Made by a program: the position numbers and the translations under genes. Below are positions 29,244-57,862 of a DNA stretch of 64,000 nucleotides, in pieces (within the stretch, counting starts at the first letter, position 1; the number at the start of each line of letters is the position of its first letter). This DNA is from Chrysomallon squamiferum (taxonomy: Eukaryota; Animalia; Mollusca). The notes under the pieces were generated by a model. It saw only the letters and a program-made list of their open reading frames with translations. It did no database searches and had not been told where the DNA came from. The stretch covers positions 3,286,001 through 3,350,000 of the forward strand of contig CM022675.1 of NCBI GenBank assembly GCA_012295275.1. Direction: 5' to 3'.

Positions 29244-30657
29244 CATGTATTGATAGATAAATATATATATATATATATATATATACATAGATAGACAGAC
29301 AGACAGGAAGACAGACAGACAGATATAGAGACAGACAGATATAGAGACAGATAGACAGACAGACATAAGAGATTATTTCTGTAATCGCCGTTATCAAATG
29401 TCTGACATTCTGCAGTCGACTGTAACAGGAAATGAAACAGCGAGGTTAAGGAAGAACAACAAAAAAAACTTTGTTCTGTTAACTTTGAACGTATTCAGAT
29501 TAACAGATAGTTTACATTTTTATTTTATTTCTAATCGATGTTGATCTAGAATCGTCATCATTGTAGATTTGTGGCGTAATCAGAAACTAACGTGATGTAG
29601 CTTCTAGCAACACTGCGCATGTCACAAAGTCTCGATAACAAAACACGTAACGATTACGGAATCCGCGTTCAAATTACAAATGGCGGCAGAAAATGGGAAT
29701 GTCGCAAATTCATTTCGTTCAGTGACGTCTACGAGGTATTAAATGCCTCTGTTGTGGCGAACGTCGAACGATTTTTTGTTGCATTAGTCTGATTTACTGG
29801 TTTGTTTGTCTTTCGTTCCATTGTTCTTCTGAAGCAGTCTGAAAGGAACAGAATTGTTATGGTGATTTATCGTGTCGTACAAATTGCGTGTGAAATATAA
29901 ATAACAAAACGTGGATGAAAAATCCTAAATTTCGTGAGAGAGGATCTAAATGTTTCCAATCTACTGTCTGAAAAACACAGCCAGAAAACAAACAGATTTT
30001 AAAATCTTTTACGTGTTCAGTTCCAATAAATTTACTAGACTGAAAATACAGGTATAGACACAGGTACACACATATACAACCCTGTACTCAGTTACACACA
30101 CAAACAGACAGTCGTACAAAGAGAGATACACTTACGCAGACAGAAATAAAATTTTACTTTATAAAATCAGTCTGGTTTTAATCCACTTTTGTTAAATTTA
30201 ATTAACAAGTATCAATAATGTATTATTCAGCTTGTAAGATAAACAAATAAAAAATAAAAACCAGGTAATAAACGTACAAATAAATAATTAATAATAAATA
30301 ATAAATAACAAATAAACAAACAAATATCTAATGAAGAAACGTAAATAATAAAGAAATAAATTAAATGTAGAAATAATTAATTAATAACAAAATAAATAAT
30401 AATAATAAAAAAATAACTGATTAGCTAATATCTCTGTGAAATAAATAAATAAATAATTTGATTGTGAAGTCAAAATAACCTGTGTAGGAACAACGTGTCT
30501 GTAGTCTGTGAACTATCTGCACTTCCACGGTTATTATTTATTAATGTTGACAAAAGAAGAAAAACGACTGTAGTGTTATGTCAGGCGCACTTTAAACGAA
30601 TCTTCGAGTGCTCAGCTTTTACTTCATTTCTTTAACTGTTCTTTTTATCTTTCGTTA

Positions 30658-30693
<36 letters not shown>

Positions 30694-31269
30694 ATTTTAT
30701 TTTATTTTATTTTAATTATATTGCAACAATCGCCCAAAACCAACACTTTCTTTTATCGTATTCTATTTCCGGTTTTGAAATTCGTTAGGCATTACGTCAC
30801 TTCCGGTCTTTTAATCTCGATTTATTCTTCTTCTTCATTCTTCTTTTTCTTCGTTATTTCCTCTTTTTTCGTTGTATTTTTATTTATTTTTTTTTTTTTT
30901 TTTCAACTTTTGATTTTTTTAATCAAAAAAAAAAGAAACTAAGAGCTATAATTTAATACTCTTCACTTTTCAATCAGATTAGCCGATCACAAATCACACG
31001 TCATTCTGTTAACGTTTTAACATCGGCCAGGAAACTGCTTTCATTCTGCATCAATTATTCTGATGTTTGCAACGTCAACGATTTAGAAAAAAAACAAAAA
31101 GTTAACTAATGAAATTAATAGGGGATGTGTGTGTGTCAGAAGATGCAGTTATTCTTCTCCTAACACTTATTATTATTTTGTTAAAGTCTCGTAAGAGTGC
31201 GAGCTGGGAAGGATGACGTTCTCTTCAGTCACTCGAGGATTTCAAAAGGTCAGGAGAACAAATTTGCCG

Positions 31270-32280
31270 TTTATATTGCTGATGTTTACTCTCTGATATA
31301 CGATCCAAATTTAATAGGTTTCTCTCTCTGGATATTTGATCTCTAACTCGCTGTCAACCTTTTTTAATAATAAAGCAAACATGCTAAAGATTAAGCGAAG
31401 AATTTAAAGCATTCTGTTGCTGGTGAACACAATTTAATAAACATCTGTGTGAATTATTTATTAGTTTCGTGCTAACAACCTTTCCTGCTAATAAAGTATA
31501 CACTCTGTATACAGACTGAGCAAAGAATTTAAAACATTCTTTGTTGATGAAATATACGACCTTTTCTGCTAATAAAGCAAATAATTTAAAACACTTTTTG
31601 TTGATAAGATATGCTATCTGAAATTATGAACAGAATATAATAAAATATCTCTGTGAATTTTTTATGTGTTTCTAACTATCAACCTTTTCTAATGATAAAG
31701 GATGATATTCCTGCTAAAGAATGCAGAGGTTAATTGAGGAATATTATTGTCTTTGCTGATGATATAGAGTACCAGAGATGAAACGAAGAAAATTTAATAA
31801 CCTCTATGTCGCTGTTCTATTTGTTCTAGTCTTTCCTGATAATAAAGTAAATTGCCTTTCAGTAATCTAAAGATTAAGGTAAGAATTTTAACTCTTTCTT
31901 TCTTTCCTTTTTCTTTTTTTTTTCTTTCTTCTTCTTGAAGTATAATATTTCCGATAAAGATTTTAAATGTTAAAGGAGAAATTTTAATGTTTTATTTTCG
32001 ATGAAGTGTACAAGTCATAACAAAAACAAGATTTTTTTTCTTTCTTGTATTTGCGTCATTTGTAGTATGAAGACATTTTAATAACCTGATCAGTTTTCTA
32101 CATATGTTTGATTGCTTTATTTCAGTCTGCTTACCAGACGCTGCTAAGAATAATTTAAGAAACTGTCAAAGAGGATTTCAAAGACTGAGTAAAACGATTT
32201 AGAAGTTTCGATGTTGCTGAAGTTTACCATCAGATGATAAGAAGAGAATTTATAACCAAAATATATTTGTTTACATTTAT
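31270..32280. repeat. Highly degenerate tandem array (units roughly 80-160 bp)
   Basis: Recurring blocks caaccttt..ctaataaag, aagaatttaaa.cattct..gttgctgatga and aatttaata. Confidence 0.55.
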
Positions 32281-32909
32281 GTTCATTTTTAATTTATAAT
32301 TACCAATTGTTTTTAATAATAAAATTTTTTTTTTTTTTTTTTTTTATTTATTTAAAAATGTTAATACATTACGGCCATCATCATCAACATCATCACTATC
32401 GTCATCATCATCAAGAACATTTCAGATTAGCGGTGAGCTATTTTTATTAGCATTAAGTGATCTTTTACATGAAACTTCCCACAGACAGGAAAAAAAACAC
32501 AGATTTTGTTAAGTTATGAGTCACGAGAATCTGGCTGGAACGGGATAATATCAGAAATGATCGCTTTAGAGGATTAACCCTGTTAGAAATCGCGCCCTAT
32601 CAAAACAGCGCCCTGTCACTGAACCACTTCCTCTGTGCCTGCTTGAAGAGAGTTAACAATAAATAAAAATAAACATTCTCAGTTACGAAGTCCTCCGAGA
32701 TAATCTGTAACACAATAACACAGATGTAGATCAAATTAATTGTGTTAGAGAGGGACACGTGACACGTGAAGCAGATTCACCGAGTAATGCGAGATCCCTG
32801 GGGACGCTGGATCGAAACCTGCCTAGTAATCATTGTAGAAAAAAAGAAAAAAGATTATGTTGGCTTAGATAATATCTGTGAAATGATTCAAGAAAGAAAA
32901 ACACAAAAA

Positions 32910-33693
<784 letters not shown>

Positions 33694-33892
33694 AGACTGA
33701 GAGAAATAATAAGAGAGACAGACAGATATAATAAAAAGTGAGACAAAAGTGACAGACACAAAACGAGAAAGGAAGAAAGAGAAAATACACACAATGAATT
33801 ACATAGACATACACACAGAACAGAGAGAGAGAAAGAGACCGAGAGAGAAATAGACAGATAGAAAACGACAGTGAAGAGAGAGAAAGACACAC

Positions 33893-33929
<37 letters not shown>

Positions 33930-34014
33930 TAAAGATATAATATCAGACCATACACAAACACACACACACACACCAAACATACACACACAAACACAAACAC
34001 ACACACACACACAC

Positions 34015-34060
<46 letters not shown>

Positions 34061-34459
34061 ACATACTTAAGTTTACAGAAGATACAAACATTGAAAATAA
34101 TAATTTATTGATATCTATTGTATTTTATATGTTTCATAAAAAAAAAAATTTAATAACGTGAACTTTGAATTTTTATTTTGTTGTTTTCGCTATAAAAGAG
34201 TAAACGTGATGATATTATATATTTTATTATCAAGTCTCGTCTTTTTGTCTGATTAGTCATGTTTCTTTCTTTTTTTTTTTTTTTTTTTTTTTTTTTTCCT
34301 TAACGTATTGTTTTTTCCTTAACAAATTAATTTAATAAATTCTGTCTTTGTTGATATTACATCAGTAAGATGATGACAGGACATCTTGCACAAATATAAC
34401 AACATATTTTACTATGTGCTCAATACAGCTAGGAAATAAAAAATAATCAATAATATAAA

Positions 34460-34509
<50 letters not shown>

Positions 34510-34520
34510 TAATAATAATT

Positions 34521-34562
<42 letters not shown>

Positions 34563-35221
34563 ATAGTAGTAGTAGTAGTAATAATACTGCTACTAATAAT
34601 AATAATAACAATAATAATAATAGTAATAATTATGATAATAATAATAGTAATATTAATGATAACAATACTAATAATAATAGTAATAGTAATAATAATAATA
34701 ACAATAATAATAACAAAGAATGAAAGAAAGAAAGAAAGAAGAAAGAAAACAACAAAAGTCAAATATTCTGTGACTTACGTAAGTACGTAATTTCGCTGAT
34801 GTGTGTGGTTGTTGACGTAATCTCTATTTGAACGTCACTAATTAGCAGTGTATTATCAGTTATTATAACACGCTAGCCAATCAGTATTACGTCACAGCAG
34901 TAAGTGCTATCTCTACGACATTACAGGGAGGCTTAGGGCACGCGTGTGGTTGAAAGAAAGTGAGGGTGAGGAAAAATATAATGAAATATTTCCAATCGTT
35001 TTTTTATTACTTCTACTAATTTACAGCTATTACATCTAACACTGTAACTACATGTACTATTACGAATACTGCTACATTGCTGTTATTACTACTATTACTG
35101 TTAGAATTAGTAATCGTAGTATTAGTAGCAGCAATATCAGTAGTAGTAGTACTAATATTGATGCTACTATTACTACTACTTCTGTTATCGCTATGGTAAC
35201 AGTAATATAGACAACAAGAAC

Positions 35222-35269
<48 letters not shown>

Positions 35270-35621
35270 TAATAATAATAATATTTATAATTATAATATC
35301 CGAATATAAAACTTACTCTTCTTTTTCTTTAGAATAAAAATAATAATCATTAAAATAAAAGAAATAATAATATTAATAAAGTATAAAAATAAAAAATATT
35401 AATCCCACTAACGAAGTCCAAGTAAAAGTGATATTTTACTTTTTATCTCATAACACCATCTACACCGGCCGTGGTATTACATTCTTAATAACACCAGTGT
35501 CTGTTACCATGACAACAGAACGTCACAGTCAAATTAATTACTTTTAATAAGATTTAAGAACCTCTTAAACATTCTTCTTCATCTTCTTCTTCTTCTTCTT
35601 CTTATTATTATTATTATTATT

Positions 35622-35678
<57 letters not shown>

Positions 35679-35819
35679 ATTGTTGTGGTCATACTCATAC
35701 ACATCATAATGTTGTTGGTAATATTAATATTACTATATTTGTTATCATTGCCGTTGTTGTTTTTATTGTTGTTGCTGTTGTTGTTATTGTTTTTGTTGTT
35801 GCTGCTGCTTTTGTTGTTG

Positions 35820-35853
<34 letters not shown>

Positions 35854-36036
35854 GAGTAGTAGTAGTATCAACATTACGTCATCATCACTTTCATTATTAT
35901 TAATAATGTCGTCGTTGTTGTTGTAATAAAAAAGCTGTGGTATGACAGGGTACGTTTAAAAGCGCTCTAGCTGCTGGTCGTAGCTTGCTCTGTCGTATTT
36001 AACCGAGATTCTCCCACCGTCATTCGACAACAAATC

Positions 36037-36069
<33 letters not shown>

Positions 36070-37152
36070 CCTATACACATTTCCAAGCAATATCCTTAAG
36101 GAAAATCAACTCAAAGGAATTATCACAATTTCCTGAATGAGTGAACTTGTAAACAGCTTTCGTCATCTTTGTAACCGCTGTGATCGGAGATGCAGAGATA
36201 CGAGATCCTTGCAGAGCTGCGTTAATTTTCTGTTACGTGTTTCTCATCAGTGCAGACAAAACGGAGAATTGGAACAACGTCTCTGTGACTTTTCGGGTTG
36301 ATGTTGTTGTTGTTGTTGTTGTTGTTGTAGCTGTTGTTGTAGCTGGGTAAGTTAATGAAGGTGCATCTCTTTTCCAGAAAAAAACATATTTAAAACGTAA
36401 AACTGAAGTGGTTAATACTTGAGTAAATTCAGTTGTGTTTTTCTGTTAACAGTATCATACTTTGTATTATTTCGATCTCTTCTCTTTCTCTTTTAATCTT
36501 TACTCACTATCTCTGTCTGTCTGTCTGTCTGTCTGTCTCTTTATCTGTCTAACTGAATATCTTTCTTGCTCGACTGACAAAATATAGCATACATTTTCGT
36601 TATTATGTACAAACGAACGAACCTTATTATATAAATATATTAACATCTGTTTATAAAAGTATCATTTCAAATATTCGGGAAGTTCCGTGTAATTTCCGAC
36701 AGAAATTTGTACGCTTCGTTAGTTTTCGTTTAACGGCGACCATTAACACCGTTCTCTGTCGCTACTGGAAACCAGTGATTAACGACTTCCGTGACGTACA
36801 TTTGGAAACGTTTCGTCAGGGATGTTTGGCTACAGACCCGCAGTTAAATGTTATTAATTACCGTCATTTCCGGTTTTAAAGAAGCCATTTTGAACACAGA
36901 CGAAATGCCTGTACTGATTAGCCCAACATTCCTCGTGTTTGATTGTTGTTGTTGTTGTTGTTGTTGGTTATGTTGTTCTTTCTGTCTGTATGTCTCTCTC
37001 TGTCTGTGTTTATATGTATGTATGCCTGTCTTTCTGTATGTATGTATGTATGTATGTATGTATCAATATATCTGTGCAACGGCAATGATCGCTCTAATTA
37101 TCTGTCTGTCTATTGATCTACTTACATTAGTGTATATTTGTGTGTTTGGTTA

Positions 37153-37205
<53 letters not shown>

Positions 37206-37348
37206 CACACAAACACACAAACACACAAACACAGACGATAACGTGTTTGTGTGAAAGTTGATAAATGTAAACACATGCAGGTTGCGTTTGTGTGCCTATA
37301 TGTGACTCTGTGTTTTGTGTGTATGCGTGCTTGCTTGTGCGAGCGTGC

Positions 37349-37411
<63 letters not shown>

Positions 37412-37772
37412 TGTATGTGTGTGTGTGTGTGTTGGGCTCTGTTCTTTGAAATCACACGCACGTGCGTTTTAGTAAAAGCTGTTTTCACCAACCTGCTCCC
37501 TCTGCGGACGGATCATTCTTATTTTTGTTCAGCGAAGTTTTCAGTTATTAAACTAAAAATATTCGACAAACCGATTTGCCTTCATTTTTGTCCCTTTTTT
37601 TTCTTCTTGTTCTTTCTTTCTTTATTTATTTTTTAAAGTCTTCTTTTCTTTCTTACAGGCTTTATTTTACTTTTTTTTTTATTATTATTATATTTTTTAA
37701 AAATAAATAATTTATAATTATCGGTACATTTTTACTTTGGTTAGCATAATCGATGATATTTTATTATTATTA

Positions 37773-37829
<57 letters not shown>

Positions 37830-38439
37830 TCTTCTGACACTGGACAAAGACCTGATCTGTTCATGTCCACTTTAAAGATCAGGACACTGACCCCGGTCAT
37901 TGGCCTGTTTGTTTATTGTAGCTGTTTACACTTTATGTTTGCTCCTTTTATTTATTTATTAATTTGAGTATTTATAATTAATTTTCATACTTTATCTATC
38001 AATTATTATTATTTTTTTTTTATCTATCTATTCATTCATTTTTTGCTGCTTTGTTTGTGTGATTTTGGGGGTTTGTGTGTTTTTGTGTGTTTTTTTTATA
38101 GTTTTCATTTAGATTTACATTTTCTTTTCCTTCTTATAATCTTTATTTACATTTTAATTTCATTTTTTATTTAGAGATTATTATATTTTTCTTTTTACTT
38201 CTCATTATTACGATAGGCCTTCGTCCCAAATCAGGATTTCAGCCTAGTCTCTTTCGCTAATAAAGTTGATGGTGAGAAAATTAAGCTTAAATAATGAACA
38301 ACGATCGTATATTAGAAATTATTATTAAATGTAAATCACATACAGCAAAAGTAATAAAGAAATATCGGTCGCTGATATTAAAATTAATAAATTAATACAA
38401 AATAAATAATCTAGTTTAATCTATTTAATATTAATTAAT

Positions 38440-38760
38440 TAGTATTAAAACAGATCTCTGTAACAGAAGTAATTTCTATTTGTCATTTTCTCATATTAAA
38501 GCGTGTTAGCTAATAAATTATAAGTAATTAAAATGTGCTGTGAATTAATTTATTATTATTAAAACAAATTTATGTAACAGACGTAATTTCCATGTGTCGA
38601 TCTTCCATATTAAATCATATTACCTAATATTAAATAAGTAATCAAAATGTATTAACTATTAATTAATTATTATTAAAATAAACATATATGACACAAGTAA
38701 TATGTCAGTGTCATTCTCCTAATATTAATATAAGTAAGCTGGCGTTAATTAAACGATAAA
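38440..38760. repeat. ~114-bp degenerate tandem repeat, about 3 copies, with a partial copy at ~39470-39570
   Basis: Repeated gtaacaga.gtaatttc.at.tgtc...catattaaa...taagtaat.aaaatgt...attattattaaaa. Confidence 0.65.
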
Positions 38761-38887
38761 ACTTTATTAAATATTTATTTATGAAAGTATGAATTAATAA
38801 TTTTGCTCATGTACATTTTATACTGAAGTATACCACTTCTTGTATTTTGTTATTATTTTGATATTATTATTATTATTATTATTAATA

Positions 38888-38937
<50 letters not shown>

Positions 38938-38986
38938 TATCTCTCATGATATACATACTGAAAAAGCAAAGTGCTCCGAGATCAAA

Positions 38987-39013
38987 TGACGTCATGCAAC
39001 ACATATGACGTCA
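38987..39013 (+). promoter_or_regulatory. Tandem CRE sites upstream of the WSC-EGF gene
   Basis: Two perfect TGACGTCA (38987-38994, 39006-39013) about 250 bp before the ATG at 39254. Confidence 0.55.
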
Positions 39014-39253
39014 AAATCAACACGTACAGTGCGCAACATGCAAACAAATACCACATTTCAACGAGTCACTATTCTAAATAACCCTAATTTTATTTAACAA
39101 TAAAATTAATGTTTCTAAATTTTGCTAAAAGGGTAAGATTTAAAACCGATATTGCAGACAATACAACAATGAAATATAAACATCCACGACACACGATACA
39201 CGGATTTCTCTCCCGTCTGCGATGGATACGAACGTACACGCGATCCATCGATA

Positions 39254-53132
<13,879 letters not shown>

Positions 53133-54327
53133 ATAAATAAATAAATGAATAATAATAATAATAATAAATACTATAAAACTGTGAGAAATGAGAAAAAAAA
53201 TGTTGCTATCATGTTAACAGATAAAAGTACATAAATGCGGCTGGGTCTTTGTGATTTTATGTGTGTACACGTGTGTGCCTGGAATAGAATTATGTAAATT
53301 ATCACTGAATGCATACTGGTTTGTAGAAACACGATGAATTATGAATTCGTGAACTGTCAAACAAAATTACAGAAAACAGAAATAAAAAGGCAAATAAAGA
53401 AAATGAAAATAAAATCAAAAAATAAAATAAATAAATAAATGAAAATATAAAGAAGAATAAAAGAAAGAAAGAAACTAAAATTTAAAATAAAAAAATTCCT
53501 TTACACAGTGAAATGTAATGTGTCTGGATTTGTAAACACAACACATAACCGAACTGTATGCAAAATTAACATGTGAACTGTGAATTCACTCTGCCAGTAA
53601 TTAATATATGGGAGCTGGATTGAGTAAAACATTTTTATGTTTATACATATACATTTATATCTTGTTAGCTCTGTTTTAATTATTATTATTATTCTTTATA
53701 AATATACTATTAAAGATTTGGCTTTTTATAAAAAGTGTTGGTGTTGTTATTATTATTATCACAAATGGATATTACGTGTTAAATCTGCGATGTGGTTATG
53801 GCAGTGTAATGATATCTCTAGTGCTTCTGTGTTAAAATGATGCTTAAGACAAGGTTTATAGATCAGTATTTACAATACTAGAACTCTGTCACTGATAACT
53901 CCTCCAAAGCTTCAAATTATAAATTATTTAACTTTCTATTTTCTGTAATCTAATCGTCTAGCTCATATATTGATATATTGTATCTATTTTCTTATAATGT
54001 ACCTTATTTTGTAAATCTACCATCTTGTCATACCAGTTATAATTGTTACAATGCTGTTAAATTTTGTATGAATGTATCTTCATATGCCGTAGACCATGGC
54101 CTGGTTATAAATAAAGTCCAGTTAGTTCAGTCACAATTCAAAATTTGAATGCTACAGTACACTTCTAAATATGAGTTTTACTAATTGCTGTATTGTACAC
54201 AGACGTGTTCAGTCAGATATTACGTATAGACGTCTAGGTAACTGTGGTAAAAAATATCAACAGTTACGTCACTGATTATCAGAATAAACAATTAGCTTTT
54301 GTTACGTTTATTTTTATATTTAATAAG

Positions 54328-54403
<76 letters not shown>

Positions 54404-54603
54404 GTTCTTCTTCCCTTTCCCAGTTTACATATCCTAATACAGTTTCTGACTTACTTACTATAAATAAACGGTATTGATTAATACATCAACAAGCTTTCAT
54501 TCCGTTTCATTTAACGCATTGTTACAAGGGCATGTCCATGTTTTAAAAGGGAGATCTGGCAAAAATGACTGTCTAAGGATTTCTCTTCCTTATTCCTATA
54601 TTT

Positions 54604-54681
<78 letters not shown>

Positions 54682-54844
54682 GTTATTGTTATTAATTTAC
54701 TCTCTCTTTAGCACTGCTACCCCAGTTCGTCCTGCCGCGCCTGACTTGTTCGTACAAAACAAGCCTAATTCACAGAAAACGTAATCTGTAAAGAGTCTTA
54801 TGACATCACAGATTAAGTCGGCGTGACGACACAATGCGCTGAGA

Positions 54845-54956
54845 ATCTGTTACGTCAAAAGAGGTATAGAAACCGAGTACCTGTGTATCTGAGCTAAAAA
54901 TAATAAAATAAATAAAAAATAAAGGTTCAGTGGGACGTATTGAGGTCGTGTGTAAG
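54845..54956 (+). promoter_or_regulatory. Candidate promoter and non-coding first exon of the SPRY gene
   Basis: TTACGTCA (54850-54857), TATAGA (54865), TCAGT (54927), donor aag|gtattt at 54957. Matching acceptor tttttccag ends at 55300, before the ATG exon. Confidence 0.35.
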
Positions 54957-55129
54957 GTATTTGCTTTAACTCATTACAAAGTGTTTAATATTTGTTTTAA
55001 ATTATACAGGTTTATGCGTTTCTCTACTATTGTGCTTATGATATTATATGTTATTTATTAATTACTCATTTTATTTTATGTTATATATTTATTTATTTGT
55101 TTGTTTACAGACTGTTTTAGTGTTATTTC

Positions 55130-55165
<36 letters not shown>

Positions 55166-55346
55166 TGTACGCATATATATATATATGGTTACAGTGATGC
55201 AGTTTCAATATACGAAAGTGCGGACGTATCTAAGTAGATCTATGTATGTATTTCTGTTTGTAACACATATAAAATCTACCAAGGTCGATTGTTTTTCCAG
55301 ATTGTTCATTATATAAAATCCACAGAAGATACTTTGTGACGTCACT

Positions 55347-55692
55347 ATGGGAAGTTCGGTAACTAAGTCGACCGATCAAAGAGGTGTGTTTATTAAATGA
55401 CAATTAACGTAATTAGCTGATGTTTGTCACGTTTTAAGACACACATACGTATACACCACATTTGTTACTATGGTTACGTATTAAGTCATTTAGATTTTTC
55501 GTGAAAACCCGATAATTGAGAAGGGTGAACACGTTTTCAACAGAAGTCAGTTTCAGAAAACAAACTATTCTGACTCATCAACAACCTCACCCGCAACATC
55601 AACAACAATTACAACAACAATTATTAATTAATTTATTTTATTTTATTTTTACTTCACTTTATTTTATTTTATTTTATTTTATTTTATTTTTG

Positions 55693-55733
<41 letters not shown>

Positions 55734-56377
55734 TGGAGTTCTTTTTGATTTATTTATTTATTTATTTATTTACTTACTTACTTACTTACTTTACTTTTCT
55801 TTACTTTACTTTAATTTACTTTAAAATTTATTTTATTTTATTTAGTTATTGGTTTGTTAACCTATGCATCGCTTCATTTCATTTTATGTTATTTATTTAT
55901 ATAATTAGCTAACTCTTATTACTGCAGTTCTTGTGTTGTTATTTGAGAGAGTATTTCTTAATTTAAAATATTTATTTTTATGTTAATTCTTAATTATTAA
56001 AATATCATAAATAATTATTTTATTTAGTTGTAAACAACGGTATGTAAACAACGAATTATATCATCTGTACTAATGCATTAGTATGTTTATTAAAAATTAT
56101 TTATTTAATTTTTATTTTAATGTTTGAGGTATGAACGAGCCGGTTCCTCAGTGGATATATACAGTTCAACTGAAACCTGAATACGCTCAAGACAAATTTG
56201 ACGCCATTTCCGACGGAATTCACCGAGTTAGCCCGAACACCGTCGTTCGAGCCAGAGTAACTATTTGTTTGTTTATCTATCTGTCTTTCTGTCCTCAATC
56301 CACCATCCATCCATCAGTCTGTGTTTCTTTCAATCTGTTTATCTTTGTCTCCGTTTCTATCCATACACTCATCCATG

Positions 56378-56443
<66 letters not shown>

Positions 56444-57470
56444 AACGTATGTACGTACATGCATACATAAAAAGAGAATGACAGACGTGCAGGCAATTAT
56501 ACATACATATATACATGCATGCATACATATATATATATATACAAATAGTAGAACTTAGATATTTATTTTAAAAAGCTGAAAAAAAAAAAAAAAAAAAAAA
56601 GAATGCGAGAAATTAAATTAATTTGATTGGTCGTAACAGTAATACTATTTTCTAAACAACAGACTGGTCATTTTGATACGGACGGCGCTAGATGGAGCCG
56701 GGGATTCACGTCAGGAAGACACGTTTTTGAAATCGTCTACCCCACCAACCATCGCGGAACCGAGGCGCCAGTCGGGGTGGGGCTGGACTCCAGCCCCCTG
56801 TGGTCAAAGGGTCGCTGTTGCCTTGTTGGAAACACGGACGATTCGTGGGGAATTTGTCTTCGCTCCAAACGATCGTTTAACGCTGGGAAGGTGCAGAAGA
56901 AGTACCCCTCCAACCAGAGACCCCTACCGGACAAATTTTACATGTATCTTGACGCAGACTCCGGAAACTTGATGTTCGGAAGTGACACCGAGTTTTACGG
57001 AAGTGCATTCAGCGGAATTTCGAGGCGCCCTCTATATCCCATGATAGGAAGCTGTATGCAGGGTAGCACGTTGACAATGATATACAGAGGAGAAGGTATG
57101 TTGTTGTTGTTGTTGTTGTTATCATTATTATTATTATTATTATTATTACTGTGTGGTAGTAGTAGTAGTAGCAGCAGCAACAGTGGTTGTAATAGTAAAA
57201 GTGGTAGTAGAAATGGTAGTGGTTGTAATAGTAGTAGTTGTTGTTGTAAAAATAGTAGTAGTAGTTGTTGTTGTTGTAGTAGTTTCTAGACTATATTACT
57301 CAATTTTCAATTTGTATTATTTATTTCATTTTAATTCATTTTATTTTATTTTATTTGACTTTTCAGGAGATATTAATGCCATTCCACCTCAAAATCAGGT
57401 TTACGGACAACATTTACCACCACTTCCGGTAGCCACGTATGAGGCTAAGCCAGCAGAAGAGATTTCCTAA
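55347..57470 (+). CDS. SPRY (B30.2) domain protein related to SPSB/Gustavus, lacking the SOCS box, N-myristoylation motif, ~233 aa
   Basis: join(55347..55383,56129..56256,56663..57095,57367..57470), 702 nt, consistent phases. Exon 3 reads TDGARWSRGFTSGRHVFEI..RGTEAPVGVG..LVGNTDDSWG..PDKFYMYLDADSGNLMF..FYGSAFSGISRRPLYPMI. This is collinear with the SPSB-family SPRY motifs (TDAIRGKVGYTRGLHVW, RGTHAVVGV, LVGNNHESWG, LDMDDGTLSF, LYPVV). Confidence 0.85.
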
Positions 57471-57712
57471 GCCGCGAGTTGTGATTGGCCTGTTCTGGCC
57501 AATCAAATTAAGGAACATATACTATCAGTGGTCGTTCGGTTTTGCATCATTTCATAAAACTTTAAAACTTTTATCGGAAGATAGACAGTGTAGATTTTTA
57601 AAACAAAGAAAACAAGCATATATCTATGTATTTGTATGATGACACTGAAATGATTTAGTCGCATGGCTTATATTTATTTATAAAAGGCACGAAACTGTAA
57701 TATCAGTGTTTC

Positions 57713-57718
57713 AATAAA
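57713..57718 (+). terminator. Poly(A) signal of the SPRY gene
   Basis: AATAAA about 240 nt after the stop, followed by T/G-rich sequence. Confidence 0.45.
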
Positions 57719-57763
57719 TTTGTATTTAGTTATTGAAGTGTCAAACCCTATTATACTCACAAT

Positions 57764-57862
<99 letters not shown>

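Noticed and set aside
57096-57289. Poly-Leu 'TM' and Ser/Cys tail at the end of the SPRY ORF
   Set aside because: Intronic microsatellite after the donor G|gtatgt at 57096.
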